Below are positions 1-14,245 of a stretch of DNA of 64,000 bases, one piece after another; the stretch's first letter is position 1, and every line of letters begins with the position of its first letter. The notes beneath the pieces are model-generated. The model was not told the origin of the DNA. It made no database searches and saw only the letters and a list, made by a program, of their open reading frames with translations. The stretch is taken from the NCBI GenBank assembly GCA_965277715.1, contig OZ255836.1, positions 3,136,001 through 3,200,000 on the forward strand. Reading direction: 5' to 3'. The translations under genes were made by a program, and so were the position numbers. This DNA comes from Gammaproteobacteria bacterium (lineage in GTDB: Bacteria; Pseudomonadota; Gammaproteobacteria; JBCCGL01).

Positions 1-139
1 ATTAGATGAGCGCCTCAAAGGCGCCATAAAACCATGAGCTGCCCATGGGCAGCCAACTTACACTCCAAGCTTCATTGATACCACACACTGGAAATACGCT
101 CCTTATTCACGTTTATTTCGCATTGGAATAAACTGAAAC

Positions 140-168
140 TTGCATTTTACCCATTCCCCTATTAGGCT
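140..168 (+). promoter_or_regulatory. putative sigma70 promoter of the leuA leader
   Basis: TTGCAT (140-145), 17-nt spacer, TAGGCT (163-168). Confidence 0.4.
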
Positions 169-204
169 TTGCTTTATGGGCATTTTTATTACACGACTTA
201 GTTA

Positions 205-238
205 GCCCGCACGGCGTAGGCCGTGCGGGTTGTTTTGT
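205..238 (+). terminator. GC-rich hairpin with T-rich tail in the leuA leader (possible attenuator)
   Basis: GCCCGCACGGC-gtag-GCCGTGCGGGT followed by TGTTTTGT. Confidence 0.45.
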
Positions 239-355
239 CGTTGTTTATTTTGTTGCTTTGATGATTGTGCCCACTATGAAAAAACTACCTTTCCCCTGCT
301 TCCCTGCCTCTTTCTGGCGTGCGCCTGTGCGGTTGTTACCTGCACGACTTAGTAA

Positions 356-2149
<1,794 letters not shown>

Positions 2150-2196
2150 TAAGCCCGTTACCCTAAATTAACTTAACCCCCAGAGATTTTCTCATC

Positions 2197-3627
2197 ATGC
2201 AAAACCACCTTCAGTTTTATATTAACGGTGAATGGGTTAACCCATTGACGCCCGCCAGTATCGACGTTATCAACCCGGCTACTGAGCAGGTATTTGCGCA
2301 AATCAGTGCGGGCAGCAGTGACGATATTGACCGGGCAGTAACGGCTGCCCGTGCCGCTTTCGCAGATTATTCACAGTGGAGTGTCGCGCAGCGCCTGGAA
2401 TTGCTGGAAAACATCCTCGCCATCTACCAGGATCGCAGCGACGATATCGCCGACGCTATGTCACAGGAAATGGGCGCCCCTATGCACCTGGCGCGGGGTG
2501 CACAATCGCGGCTTGGTGCAGACCATATTAAAAGCGCCATCAAGGCGCTCCGTGGCTTTACTTTTGAAACCATTGAGGGTGATATGATTCTGCGCCACGA
2601 GCCTATTGGGGTTTGCGGCATGATCACCCCGTGGAACTGGCCGATGAATCAAATGGCGGTAAAAGTACTGCCCGCGCTGGCGGCAGGCTGCACCATGGTG
2701 CTCAAGCCCAGTGAGGAAGCGCCTATCAACGCCATTGTTTTTACTGAGATACTCCACCAGGCGGGAGTTCCCGCTGGTGTGTTTAATCTGGTCAATGGTT
2801 ACGGCCCGGTTGTCGGGGAGGCTATGTCTTCACACCCCGATATCGATATGATGACCTTTACCGGTTCCACCCGTGGTGGTATCGCCGTGGCCCAGGCAGC
2901 CGCTGGTACCGTCAAACGCGTCGCACAGGAACTGGGGGGCAAGTCGGCCAACATTATTCTCGATGATGCAGACATTACCAATGCAGTCACCCAGGGTGTT
3001 CACTATTGCATGGGTAACAGTGGCCAGTCGTGCAACGCACCCAGCCGTATGTTGGTGCCCAATAAATTTATGGATGTCGCCATCGATGCAGCACGCGCCG
3101 CCGCGCAAAGTATCGCGCTTGGTGACCCGGCTGCTGAGGGCAATCATCTTGGGCCGGTGGTCAACCACACACAGTTTGAAAAAATCCAGGGGCTGATTCA
3201 GCAGGGCATCGATGAGGGCGCCACTCTGATTGCCGGTGGCACTGGCCGCCCGGATAATATCACCACCGGCTATTACGTTAAGCCGACGGTCTTTGCGCAT
3301 GTCAATAACGCCATGACCATCGCCCGCGAGGAAATCTTCGGCCCGGTTATCACCCTGATTGGCTACGACACAGACGAACAGGCCATCGACATCGCCAACG
3401 ATACCCAATACGGGTTGTCAGGTTATGTCAGCTCCGGAGATATGGAACACGCCAAAGAAGTTGCGCGGAAAATACGTGCCGGACAGGTCGCTATCAACTA
3501 CCGGGGAGGCACTACAGACTCGCCATTTGGGGGGTATAAACAGTCCGGTAATGGCCGGGAAAAAGGCCGCTTTGGCCTACTTGAATTTCTCGAACTAAAA
3601 GCGATTACAGGTTCGGTGGTGGGTTAA
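2197..3627 (+). CDS. aldehyde dehydrogenase family protein
   Basis: ITPWNWP, LKPSE, FTGST, QELGGKS, GQSC catalytic Cys, EEIFGPV, PFGGYKQSG. Confidence 0.93.
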   Translation: MQNHLQFYINGEWVNPLTPASIDVINPATEQVFAQISAGSSDDIDRAVTAARAAFADYSQWSVAQRLELLENILAIYQDRSDDIADAMSQEMGAPMHLARGAQSRLGADHIKSAIKALRGFTFETIEGDMILRHEPIGVCGMITPWNWPMNQMAVKVLPALAAGCTMVLKPSEEAPINAIVFTEILHQAGVPAGVFNLVNGYGPVVGEAMSSHPDIDMMTFTGSTRGGIAVAQAAAGTVKRVAQELGGKSANIILDDADITNAVTQGVHYCMGNSGQSCNAPSRMLVPNKFMDVAIDAARAAAQSIALGDPAAEGNHLGPVVNHTQFEKIQGLIQQGIDEGATLIAGGTGRPDNITTGYYVKPTVFAHVNNAMTIAREEIFGPVITLIGYDTDEQAIDIANDTQYGLSGYVSSGDMEHAKEVARKIRAGQVAINYRGGTTDSPFGGYKQSGNGREKGRFGLLEFLELKAITGSVVG

Positions 3628-3659
3628 TACTGGCAGGCTCAAGTATCCGTTGAATAGAT

Positions 3660-3684
3660 TATCGCCACTGAGATAGTGGCGATA
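3660..3684. terminator. hairpin between convergent aldehyde dehydrogenase and mnmE
   Basis: TATCGCCACT-gagat-AGTGGCGATA. Confidence 0.45.
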
Positions 3685-3755
3685 CGCTCTCGTCCCTCTG
3701 AGTGAGTTTCCGCGACAACCAATACGACGTTTGTGGAATAGAATGGAGCTGTCAT

Positions 3756-5096
3756 TTATTTGCCGATACAAAAACTGGAAAAAATCTCTCCCAACAAATC
3801 ATCGCTGGTGTAATCCCCGGTGATGTTTTGCAATGACTGCTGAGCTAAATTAAAGTCCTCTGCGGCCAGTTCGGGAAACGTTTTTTGTGAAAGGTTTAAT
3901 AGCCCATCGGCAATGTGTTTTTCGGCGCGCTGCAAGGCGTCGAGGTGACGGCGCCTGGCGATAAACGGGCTTTCGACAAGATGAGAAAATCCACTGATCT
4001 GTTTCAGGTGGTTTTTAAGTAAATCAATGCCTTCTCCGGTCTTGGCGCTGAGGTAAATACAGGCACTGTTGTCAGCGTACTCAATCCGCGCAGTTTGTTG
4101 TTGCAAGTCAATTTTATTGACCACGGTGTCGTGGGGCACATTCAAAAGCTCAGCCGGTATACTTGCCGCTTCATCACCCGACTGACACAGATACAGCACA
4201 CGATCTGCCTTTTGGATTTCGGCCTGCGCCCGGCGAATACCTTCGCGTTCTATCGGGTCACCACTATCACGCAAACCAGCGGTATCGATAACCGTAACCG
4301 GCAAACCATCGATTTGAATATGCTCGCGCAATACGTCCCGGGTGGTGCCGGCAATATCGGTGATAATCGCCGCATCGTGCCCCACAAGTCGATTGAGCAG
4401 GCTCGATTTACCCACATTGGGGGCACCACTGATAACCAGGGCGATGCCCTCCTGAAGCAGGCGACCCTGTTCGGCAATCGCAGTGGTTTCGCGCAAGGTT
4501 GTTTGCAGTTGTTGAACGCGCTGGTGCAGCGCATTGTCGGCCAGAAAATCGACATCTTCTTCTGAAAAATCCAATGCGGCCTCGATATACACACGCACCG
4601 CAATGAGTTGCTCAATCAATACTTGCGCACGCCGGGAGAAATCACCCGCCAGCGAGCGAACCGCCGCACGCGCCGCCGCCTGGCTGCGCGCCTCAATCAA
4701 ATCGATAACCGACTCGGCCTGCGCCAGGTCAAGCTTGCCATTGAGGAATGCGCGCTCGGTAAATTCACCGGGCCTCGCCAATCTCGCACCCAAGGAAACA
4801 CAGCGTTCAAGTAGACCCGACAGTACTACGGGCGAACCATGCCCCTGTAGTTCGAGTACGTCTTCGCCCGTGTAACTCTGGGGTGATGGGTAGAATAAAA
4901 CGATACCCTGATCGAGTATCTCACCTGCCATGCCACGGAAATTCGCATAGCCCGCCTGCCGGGGAGAGGGGAGAGGGTGGCCGCTGATAGCCTGTGCAAT
5001 GGGTTTGGCCAGGGAGCCACTGACGCGCACGATACCAATACCGCCACGCCCCGGTGCCGTGCCAACAGCGGCGATGGTTTCACTATCAGAGACCAT
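3756..5096 (-). CDS. mnmE: tRNA modification GTPase MnmE (TrmE)
   Basis: GAPNVGKSS, GTTRD, DTAG, NKID, C-terminal FSSFCIGK. Confidence 0.97.
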   Translation of the reverse strand: MVSDSETIAAVGTAPGRGGIGIVRVSGSLAKPIAQAISGHPLPSPRQAGYANFRGMAGEILDQGIVLFYPSPQSYTGEDVLELQGHGSPVVLSGLLERCVSLGARLARPGEFTERAFLNGKLDLAQAESVIDLIEARSQAAARAAVRSLAGDFSRRAQVLIEQLIAVRVYIEAALDFSEEDVDFLADNALHQRVQQLQTTLRETTAIAEQGRLLQEGIALVISGAPNVGKSSLLNRLVGHDAAIITDIAGTTRDVLREHIQIDGLPVTVIDTAGLRDSGDPIEREGIRRAQAEIQKADRVLYLCQSGDEAASIPAELLNVPHDTVVNKIDLQQQTARIEYADNSACIYLSAKTGEGIDLLKNHLKQISGFSHLVESPFIARRRHLDALQRAEKHIADGLLNLSQKTFPELAAEDFNLAQQSLQNITGDYTSDDLLGEIFSSFCIGK

Positions 5097-5111
5097 CGCG
5101 TTGTTCAGTGT

Positions 5112-6791
5112 TTACTTTTTTGTGCCTTCTGCCAGCACATGTCGGGTAATGTAGTACTGTTGTGCAATCGACAAGGTGTTGTTGGCGACCCAGTAAAGCA
5201 CCAGCCCCGCCGGGAAAAATGCAAAGAAGATGGTGAATACAAAAGGCATCGCCATAAAAATTTTTGCCTGAATCGGGTCTACTGGCGCAGGGTTGAGTTT
5301 TTGCTGAATCAACATGGTCGCGCCCATGATCAGCGGCAAGACATAATATGGGTCTTTGATCGCCAGATCCTCAATCCAGAGAATAAAGGGTGCCTGGCGC
5401 AATTCAACACTTTCCAATAGCATCCAGTACAAGGCAATAAATACTGGAATCTGAACCAAAATTGGCAGGCAGCCCCCCAGTGGATTGACCTTTTCCTTTT
5501 TATACATCTCCATCGTAGCCTGGCCCATCTTTGTACGGTCATCGCCAAAACGGTCTTTCAGGGCTTGTAGCTGCGGTTGCAGTTTGCGCATACGCGCCAT
5601 TGAGCGATAGCTGATTTCAGATAATTTATAAAACACCAGTTTAATTGCCAATGTCACGATCAGGATTGCCCAACCCCAGTTGCCAACGTAGCTGTGAATC
5701 CATTTTAAAAATACAAAAAGTGGTTCAGCAATAATCGATAGAAAACCATAGTCAACCGTGAGATTGAGGTTATCGGCCACCTTGGCCAGATCATCCTGAA
5801 TTTTTGGCCCGGCGTATAGCGTGCTGGTAAAACGCCCACTTTCACCCGCAGGCACCGTGAGCGCACTTGAGTAAAGTCCCAGAATAAAACGGTTTTTATC
5901 GGCGAGCGCCCTGGTGTAGTAGGTGTTGTTTTCGTCTGCGGCGGGCGCCCATGCGGCGAGAAAATAATGTTGAATAATTGCTGCCCAACCACCTGTAATT
6001 TTCCGTTTCAGGTTTGTTTCCAGCATATCGTCAAAGTTGATTTTCTCGTAACGGTTTTCTTCACTGCTGATCACACCACCAATATAGGCCTGGGTACCAA
6101 ACATCGACCCGCCTTCATCGGTAATGCCTTTGCGCTGTAGCTGCCGGTATTGGTTGCCAACCCATGCTGTTTCACGGTTATTCTGGATATGGTATTCGAT
6201 ATCGATAACGTGGGTGCCGGACCGAAATACAAAGGTTTTGGTGACCTCAACACCGTCTTCACGCCAGAGCATCGGCACACGCAGTACATCCTGATCCGCT
6301 TCAAGCTGGTACTCACTCTGCGCCACCTGGTACACCGTATGGTGAGTCGGCACCGGACTCTCTTTAGATTGCAGGCCGGACTGGGCAATAAAAAATGTTT
6401 CCGGTGAATCGCTCATCAGCAAAAAGGGGGTATCCGGCTGTTCAATCGATACCGGGTATTTATTCAGCTTAACCTCAAGAACATTGCCGCCTTTGCTGCT
6501 CAACACAACATCGATAGTATCGGTTGATACCCTTACCAGCGACCCACCGGTTGCGCCGTTGTCCTCGACGCTGCTGGGATTTAGTGCTGCACTGGTATCT
6601 GTGCCACCCAATTCTGCCTCGGGCACATCGTCACTGCGGTTGTTGCTATCGGTCGACAGTGTATCGCCGCTTTGCTGCATTGTTTGCGCAGGTGCCTGTG
6701 CCATTGGCGCATAATCGATCTGCCACTGTTGCCAGAGAATCAGCAAAACAAAGCCGAGCGCGGCGAAAAGAAACAGGCGTTGATTATCCAT
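5112..6791 (-). CDS. yidC: membrane protein insertase YidC
   Basis: MDNQRL start, VDYG, GNWGWAI, NPLGGCLP, PAGLVLYW; canonical gene order. Confidence 0.97.
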   Translation of the reverse strand: MDNQRLFLFAALGFVLLILWQQWQIDYAPMAQAPAQTMQQSGDTLSTDSNNRSDDVPEAELGGTDTSAALNPSSVEDNGATGGSLVRVSTDTIDVVLSSKGGNVLEVKLNKYPVSIEQPDTPFLLMSDSPETFFIAQSGLQSKESPVPTHHTVYQVAQSEYQLEADQDVLRVPMLWREDGVEVTKTFVFRSGTHVIDIEYHIQNNRETAWVGNQYRQLQRKGITDEGGSMFGTQAYIGGVISSEENRYEKINFDDMLETNLKRKITGGWAAIIQHYFLAAWAPAADENNTYYTRALADKNRFILGLYSSALTVPAGESGRFTSTLYAGPKIQDDLAKVADNLNLTVDYGFLSIIAEPLFVFLKWIHSYVGNWGWAILIVTLAIKLVFYKLSEISYRSMARMRKLQPQLQALKDRFGDDRTKMGQATMEMYKKEKVNPLGGCLPILVQIPVFIALYWMLLESVELRQAPFILWIEDLAIKDPYYVLPLIMGATMLIQQKLNPAPVDPIQAKIFMAMPFVFTIFFAFFPAGLVLYWVANNTLSIAQQYYITRHVLAEGTKK

Positions 6792-6797
6792 CGGTTA

Positions 6798-7106
6798 TTA
6801 TTGCTCTTGGGTTATGGCGTTTTTGTTAGTGTGCTGGCGTGAGTTGTTTTTAATCTGACGATCTGTTGAATCTTCGGGCACGGGGTCATAACCAGCGGCA
6901 GCAAACGGGTGGCATCGACAAATCCTACTACCGGCGAGACACCCCCCTTTCAACACACCGTGAATATGCACCGCTTCCAGTGCATATTCAGAGCAGCTTG
7001 GCACAAACCGGCAGCTCGGTGGAAAAAATGGGCTGATCAGATAGCGATAAGCTCGAATCAGGGTGATTACCAGGGTAGCCACTGGGCTGGTTATTATCGT
7101 GTGCAT
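6798..7106 (-). CDS. yidD: membrane protein insertion efficiency factor YidD
   Basis: YRYLISP, CRFVPSCSEYA, RICRCHPF, GYDPVP; start 7106 (alternative 7127). Confidence 0.9.
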   Translation of the reverse strand: MHTIITSPVATLVITLIRAYRYLISPFFPPSCRFVPSCSEYALEAVHIHGVLKGGCLAGSRICRCHPFAAAGYDPVPEDSTDRQIKNNSRQHTNKNAITQEQ

Positions 7107-7468
7107 TTTCTGTTCAGTTTCAACCACATTTCATCGAGATTACGTTGAAGCGTGTAGGTGTTAACAGACTGTATTCCGCGCCTTACCAACACAATAATAT
7201 CGATGCCGGTCAGGGTGTGTTGATGCCTTCTGAAACTTTCCCTGACAGCGCGTTTGACCCGGTTCCTGTCGACGGCACGTTTGAGGTGTTTTTTGGCAAT
7301 CGCCAACCCCAACCTGGGTACATCACCCTCACTGCATCTACCCAACAACAATAAATGTTGATTGGTGACACTGCTACTTTTAGCAAATACGCGCCGGTAA
7401 TCCCTCGATTCGGTCAATCGACACCGACGGGGGAAAGTAAAACACCGCGAGGCGCACTCAGTATTCAG
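7094..7468 (-). CDS. rnpA: ribonuclease P protein component (start uncertain)
   Basis: FPRRCRL, RLGLAIAKK, AVDRNRVKR (RNR motif); start may be CTG 7468 or a GTG inside rpmH (7525/7537/7546). Confidence 0.9.
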   Translation of the reverse strand: MNTECASRCFTFPRRCRLTESRDYRRVFAKSSSVTNQHLLLLGRCSEGDVPRLGLAIAKKHLKRAVDRNRVKRAVRESFRRHQHTLTGIDIIVLVRRGIQSVNTYTLQRNLDEMWLKLNRKCTR

Positions 7469-7505
7469 TTTGGTATCAGGTTTGAGGCAAACACTGCGCC
7501 CGGAA

Positions 7506-7640
7506 TTAAGCGCTGAGGCGTGCACGGCCTTTGGCACGGCGCGCACGGATTATCGCCTGCCCCGATTTGGTCGCCATGCGCGCACGAAAACCATGATTAC
7601 GTTTGCGTTTAAGCACGCTGGGCTGGAAAGTTCTTTTCAT
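7506..7640 (-). CDS. rpmH: 50S ribosomal protein L34 (below the ORF-track cutoff)
   Basis: manual translation [44 protein letters not shown]. Confidence 0.97.
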   Translation of the reverse strand: MKRTFQPSVLKRKRNHGFRARMATKSGQAIIRARRAKGRARLSA

Positions 7641-7770
7641 GACCGATCTCGGATAGTGCTAGCCTGAAACAGGCCAGCAAAAGATTAAAAGCGCGAAATA
7701 ATACCAAAAAATTTGTATATACGTCAATCTGTAAACGATTTTCCGTTGCGCCACCTGGCTGGAAAAAGCT

Positions 7771-7791
7771 TGTGGATAAGGTTTATAAACA
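7771..7791. promoter_or_regulatory. DnaA boxes upstream of dnaA
   Basis: perfect TGTGGATAA at 7771-7779; near-match TTATAAACA at 7783-7791. Confidence 0.75.
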
Positions 7792-7918
7792 GGTATACAC
7801 TTTTGTTACTTTTTTGCAAACCCGCAGCGAATACTGCAGCTGTAGATATTTCTGGGGAAACCATTGTGAAATACCAACAATTTACTTGTCGCCTTTATCT
7901 TCGGGAACCTGGCCCACT

Positions 7919-9286
7919 GTGAGCGCTACTGTCTGGAATCGCTGTTTAAAACAACTGGAAAATGAGCTATCTGAACAACAGCTCAATACCTGGATTCGCC
8001 CGCTCCAAGCCAGCCTGGAAAACGACAACCTGCATTTATTTGCGCCCAATCGCTTTGTGCTCGACTGGGTGCGTGATAACTTTTACGAGCACATTCGCAA
8101 TATTCTCACCAACCTGGAAGGATACCCACCAATTACGGTATCGCTGGAAATTGGCACGCACTCTCCCAGAGTAAACACTGGGGTAAATGCCGTAGCAGAA
8201 CCCGCTGCGGATTACAAGGTATCCTCTGCACGCGAGAATCCAAACAAGCTAACCACCCAGGCAGTACCACATAACCTAAACCGCCTGTTTACGTTTGATA
8301 CCTTTGTCGAAGGCAAATCGAATCAGCTTGGCCGTGCCGCTTCATCGCAGGTTGCCGTTAACCCCGGTACCGCCTACAACCCTTTATTTATCTACGGTGG
8401 AGTGGGCTTAGGCAAAACCCACTTAATGCACGCCGTTGGCAACAGGATGCTGGAAAGTAACCCACAGGCACGCATTCGCTATTTACACTCGGAGCGCTTT
8501 GTCGCTGAAATGGTTAAGGCTTTGCAACGCAACACCATTAATGATTTCAAACGCCACTACCGCTCACTCAATGCTTTATTGATCGACGATATTCAGTTTT
8601 TTGCCGGTAAGGAACGTTCACAGGAAGAGTTTTTCCACACGTTCAATGCATTGCTTGAGGGCAGCCAGCAAATTATTCTCACCTGTGATCGTTATCCCAA
8701 GGAAATTGTTGGGTTGGAAGAGCGCTTAAAATCCCGTTTTGGCTGGGGCTTAACCGTGTGTATCGAACCACCTGAGCTGGAAACCCGCGTTGCTATTTTA
8801 CAAAGCAAAGCAGAGCAGGCGAAGGTTTCACTGCCCAGTGAGGTGGCCTTTTTTATGGCCAAACGAATACGTTCAAATGTACGTGAGCTGGAAGGGGCGC
8901 TGCGACGGGTAATGGCTAACTCCCATTTTACCGGGACACCGATCACGCTCGATTTTGCCCGCGAGGCACTGCGCGACCTATTAGCCGTACAGGACAAACT
9001 GGTTACCATAGAAAATATCCAAAAAACCGTGGCCGAGTACTTCAAAATTCGCGTCAGCGATCTACACTCGAAACGTCGCACACGTTCAATTACACGACCA
9101 AGACAGATAGCCATGTGTTTATCCAAAGAATTAACCAGTCATAGCCTGCCTGAAATTGGTGAGGAATTTGGCGGGAGGGACCACACTACGGTGCTCCACG
9201 CCTGTCGTAAAGTTAACGAGTTGCGTGAATCTGACACCCGAATTAATGAAGATTACATGAATTTAAACCGAACACTATCCAGCTAA
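7919..9286 (+). CDS. dnaA: chromosomal replication initiator DnaA
   Basis: [43 protein letters not shown]; likely GTG start at 7919 ([10 protein letters not shown]). Confidence 0.98.
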   Translation: MSATVWNRCLKQLENELSEQQLNTWIRPLQASLENDNLHLFAPNRFVLDWVRDNFYEHIRNILTNLEGYPPITVSLEIGTHSPRVNTGVNAVAEPAADYKVSSARENPNKLTTQAVPHNLNRLFTFDTFVEGKSNQLGRAASSQVAVNPGTAYNPLFIYGGVGLGKTHLMHAVGNRMLESNPQARIRYLHSERFVAEMVKALQRNTINDFKRHYRSLNALLIDDIQFFAGKERSQEEFFHTFNALLEGSQQIILTCDRYPKEIVGLEERLKSRFGWGLTVCIEPPELETRVAILQSKAEQAKVSLPSEVAFFMAKRIRSNVRELEGALRRVMANSHFTGTPITLDFAREALRDLLAVQDKLVTIENIQKTVAEYFKIRVSDLHSKRRTRSITRPRQIAMCLSKELTSHSLPEIGEEFGGRDHTTVLHACRKVNELRESDTRINEDYMNLNRTLSS

Positions 9287-9509
9287 CAGGCAACAATATA
9301 GCTAATATGTGTGTAATGGTGGGATAAACCTGTGAATAAGCAGTACACTTAAACTTATCCACAATTCAAACACAGGCTTCTGTATTTTAGTCCACTGTTA
9401 TTGGTTCACTTTTTACATTTTAACTTATTGATTTATAAGTATAAAATAGTTAACCCCGGAATTAACAGGACTAGTAGTAATAATAATTAGGTTTATAGGT
9501 ATATAAATA
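9287..9509. other. replication origin oriC (dnaA-dnaN intergenic region)
   Basis: TGTGAATAA 9331-9339, TTATCCACA 9355-9363, IHF-consensus TAACTTATTGATT 9421-9433, AT-rich tract with CTA-GTA-GTA-ATA-ATA at 9471-9485. Confidence 0.8.
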
Positions 9510-10610
9510 ATGAAATTAAGCATACAGCGAGAAGCCTTTCTCAAACCTCTGTTACAGACGGTAGGCGCTGTTGAACGCCGTCAAACACTGCCTGCGTTAG
9601 GCCACTTTCTATTGTCTGCCAGAGATGGGTTGTTGCTAATAACAGCGACTGATTTGGAAATTGAGCTATTTGCCAAAACGGCTGCACATATTCAAGAAGA
9701 GGGAGAAACCACTGTTCCCGCCCGTAAATTAGTCGATATTTGTCGATCACTTCCCGAAGGGGCTGAAATCAACTTTACCTCAACGGGTGATAAAGCGGTA
9801 CTCAGTGCGGGAAAGAGCCGTTTTACCTTGTCGACGCTACCCGTTAGCGAGTTTCCCTCACTCGACGACTTTGGTATTGCCAATGGTTTTGATATTGCCC
9901 AATCCCAGTTACAAAAGGCGATTAATAAAACAGCATTCTCAATGGCACAACAAGACGTTCGCTATTATTTGAACGGCTTATTATTTGAGGTATCAAACGA
10001 ACAGTTACGCTGTGTCGCAACAGATGGCCATCGTTTATCGTTGAGCACGGTAAAGACTGATACAGGGATCGATCAAACAACACAGGTGATTGTGCCACGA
10101 AAGGGGGTTAACGAATTATCCCGTCTATTGAGTGATACGGATGAAGCAGCCGAGTTTCAGCTTTCTGGTAATCATATACGCGTCAATCTACCCGAGGTAC
10201 GCTTTACCTCGAAGCTGATTGATGGGAAATTTCCCGATTACTACCGCGTACTTCCCGAGGGCAATGACAAAACAGTTATTGCCGACCGTGAATTGTTACG
10301 CCAGTCTTTGTCACGTGCTGCAATTTTATCGAATGAAAAGTATAAAGGCGTTCGGTTGAGCATTGCCGATAACCTTATGAATATAAAAACACATAACCCT
10401 GACCACGAAGAGGCAGAGGATGAGCTTTCCGTTGAGTATCAGGGCGAGTCTTTTGAAGTAGGCTTTAATGTTGTGTACTTACTGGACATTCTCAACACAT
10501 TGGAAGGTAATACAATAAAAATCAACTTGCGCGACTCAAACAGTTCCTGCCTGGCAACGGAAGTGGGTTCAGATGACTTTCGCTATGTTGTCATGCCCAT
10601 GCGTTTATAG
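9510..10610 (+). CDS. dnaN: DNA polymerase III beta clamp
   Basis: ATDLEIEL, QQDVRYYLNG, VATDGHRL, C-terminal YVVMPMRL. Confidence 0.98.
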   Translation: MKLSIQREAFLKPLLQTVGAVERRQTLPALGHFLLSARDGLLLITATDLEIELFAKTAAHIQEEGETTVPARKLVDICRSLPEGAEINFTSTGDKAVLSAGKSRFTLSTLPVSEFPSLDDFGIANGFDIAQSQLQKAINKTAFSMAQQDVRYYLNGLLFEVSNEQLRCVATDGHRLSLSTVKTDTGIDQTTQVIVPRKGVNELSRLLSDTDEAAEFQLSGNHIRVNLPEVRFTSKLIDGKFPDYYRVLPEGNDKTVIADRELLRQSLSRAAILSNEKYKGVRLSIADNLMNIKTHNPDHEEAEDELSVEYQGESFEVGFNVVYLLDILNTLEGNTIKINLRDSNSSCLATEVGSDDFRYVVMPMRL

Positions 10611-10619
10611 GGCAATGCG

Positions 10620-11702
10620 GTGCAATTCACCCGGATTAATTTCCGGAATACACGCATTGTAGAAAGCGCCAGTATTGAACCGGGTGCAGGGTTTAACTAT
10701 TTTGTCGGCGATAATGGCGCAGGGAAAACCAGCTTATTAGAAGGTATTCATATACTTTCCACAGGTAGTTCTTTTAGAACCCGAAAACCGGCTAATTTAA
10801 TCCGCTATGAACAAGCTACACTGCAATCATTTGCAGAATTCATTTATCGCTATGACGAAAAACCCCACACTATAGGTGTAGAGCGCGCCCGTAACGGTAC
10901 AACGCAGGCAAAAATTGACCGTGCACATACGCATCGCCTGGCTGATCTAACACAAACTATACCTATATTGGCTTTACACCCTGAGATACACCAGCTAATT
11001 AATGGCAGCCCGCTATTGCGCCGAAAATTGATAGATTGGGGTGTGTTTCACGTGGAACCAGATTTTATCGCTACATGGCGGGAATACAAACGGTTGTTAG
11101 AACAGCGTAATGCCGCGTTAAAACAAGCAGCAGATAACGCGACAATAAGTGTTTGGGATAAAGGCCTAGCAGAGGCGGGAGAACGTTTACACGGTTATCG
11201 CGCAAGTTACTTATCTGAATTGACGCCCTTTTTACGATGTCTTTTGGCTAAAGTAGAGTGGGGCGCTGATATGGTGTTGTCAATACGTGCTGGCTGGAAC
11301 GAACAAATACCTTTAATCGATGAGTTGAGTAATGCGTTGCCAAGGGATCGTTTGTATCGTTCAACCAGTCCCGGCCCACACAGGGCGGAGCTTGTTATTA
11401 AAGAAAAGGGGAATGAAATTCGCCATGTATTCTCCCGTGGCCAGCAAAAGCTATTTATTTACTTATTGAAAATAGCGCAGGCTAACCACTTGTGCCAAGT
11501 GCGCAATATTCATAGTGTGTTTCTCTGTGATGATTTACCCGCAGAACTTGATGAAAATAAACGTAAACTTATCAGTAATGAATTACTTTCCTCCGGTTAT
11601 CAGGTCTTTGCTACCAGCGTTAACACATTAACCACAGAATTTGAGTCATTGGAAAGCCGGGTGTTTCACGTGGAACACGGTCATGTTCGTCAGGTGTTAT
11701 AA
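10620..11702 (+). CDS. recF: DNA replication/repair protein RecF
   Basis: GDNGAGKTSLLE, GPHRAEL, SRGQQK, DDLPAELD. Confidence 0.96.
   Translation: MQFTRINFRNTRIVESASIEPGAGFNYFVGDNGAGKTSLLEGIHILSTGSSFRTRKPANLIRYEQATLQSFAEFIYRYDEKPHTIGVERARNGTTQAKIDRAHTHRLADLTQTIPILALHPEIHQLINGSPLLRRKLIDWGVFHVEPDFIATWREYKRLLEQRNAALKQAADNATISVWDKGLAEAGERLHGYRASYLSELTPFLRCLLAKVEWGADMVLSIRAGWNEQIPLIDELSNALPRDRLYRSTSPGPHRAELVIKEKGNEIRHVFSRGQQKLFIYLLKIAQANHLCQVRNIHSVFLCDDLPAELDENKRKLISNELLSSGYQVFATSVNTLTTEFESLESRVFHVEHGHVRQVL
11044..11059. other. parS centromere site 1 (inside recF)
   Basis: TGTTTCACGTGGAACC, 1 mismatch to the TGTTYCACGTGRAACA consensus. Confidence 0.85.
11662..11677. other. parS centromere site 2 (inside recF)
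   Basis: TGTTTCACGTGGAACA, consensus match. Confidence 0.9.
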
Positions 11703-11715
11703 TCGCGCCACTTAA

Positions 11716-14139
<2,424 letters not shown>

Positions 14140-14245
14140 GCTAATCGCCCTAATTTACCTGGCTGATACTAATGAATTAGCGTGTTGTTTTAAATAACTG
14201 ACTAATGTAATTAAAATCACGAAAACAAACCAATATAGAAACCGA

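Noticed and set aside
38-53. 16-bp perfect palindrome GCTGCCCATGGGCAGC
   Set aside because: Single copy at the window edge with no context; cannot assign a function.
7772-7918. 49-codon N-terminal extension of the DnaA ORF
   Set aside because: Starts inside a DnaA box and has no DnaA-like sequence; GTG 7919 fits the conserved start.
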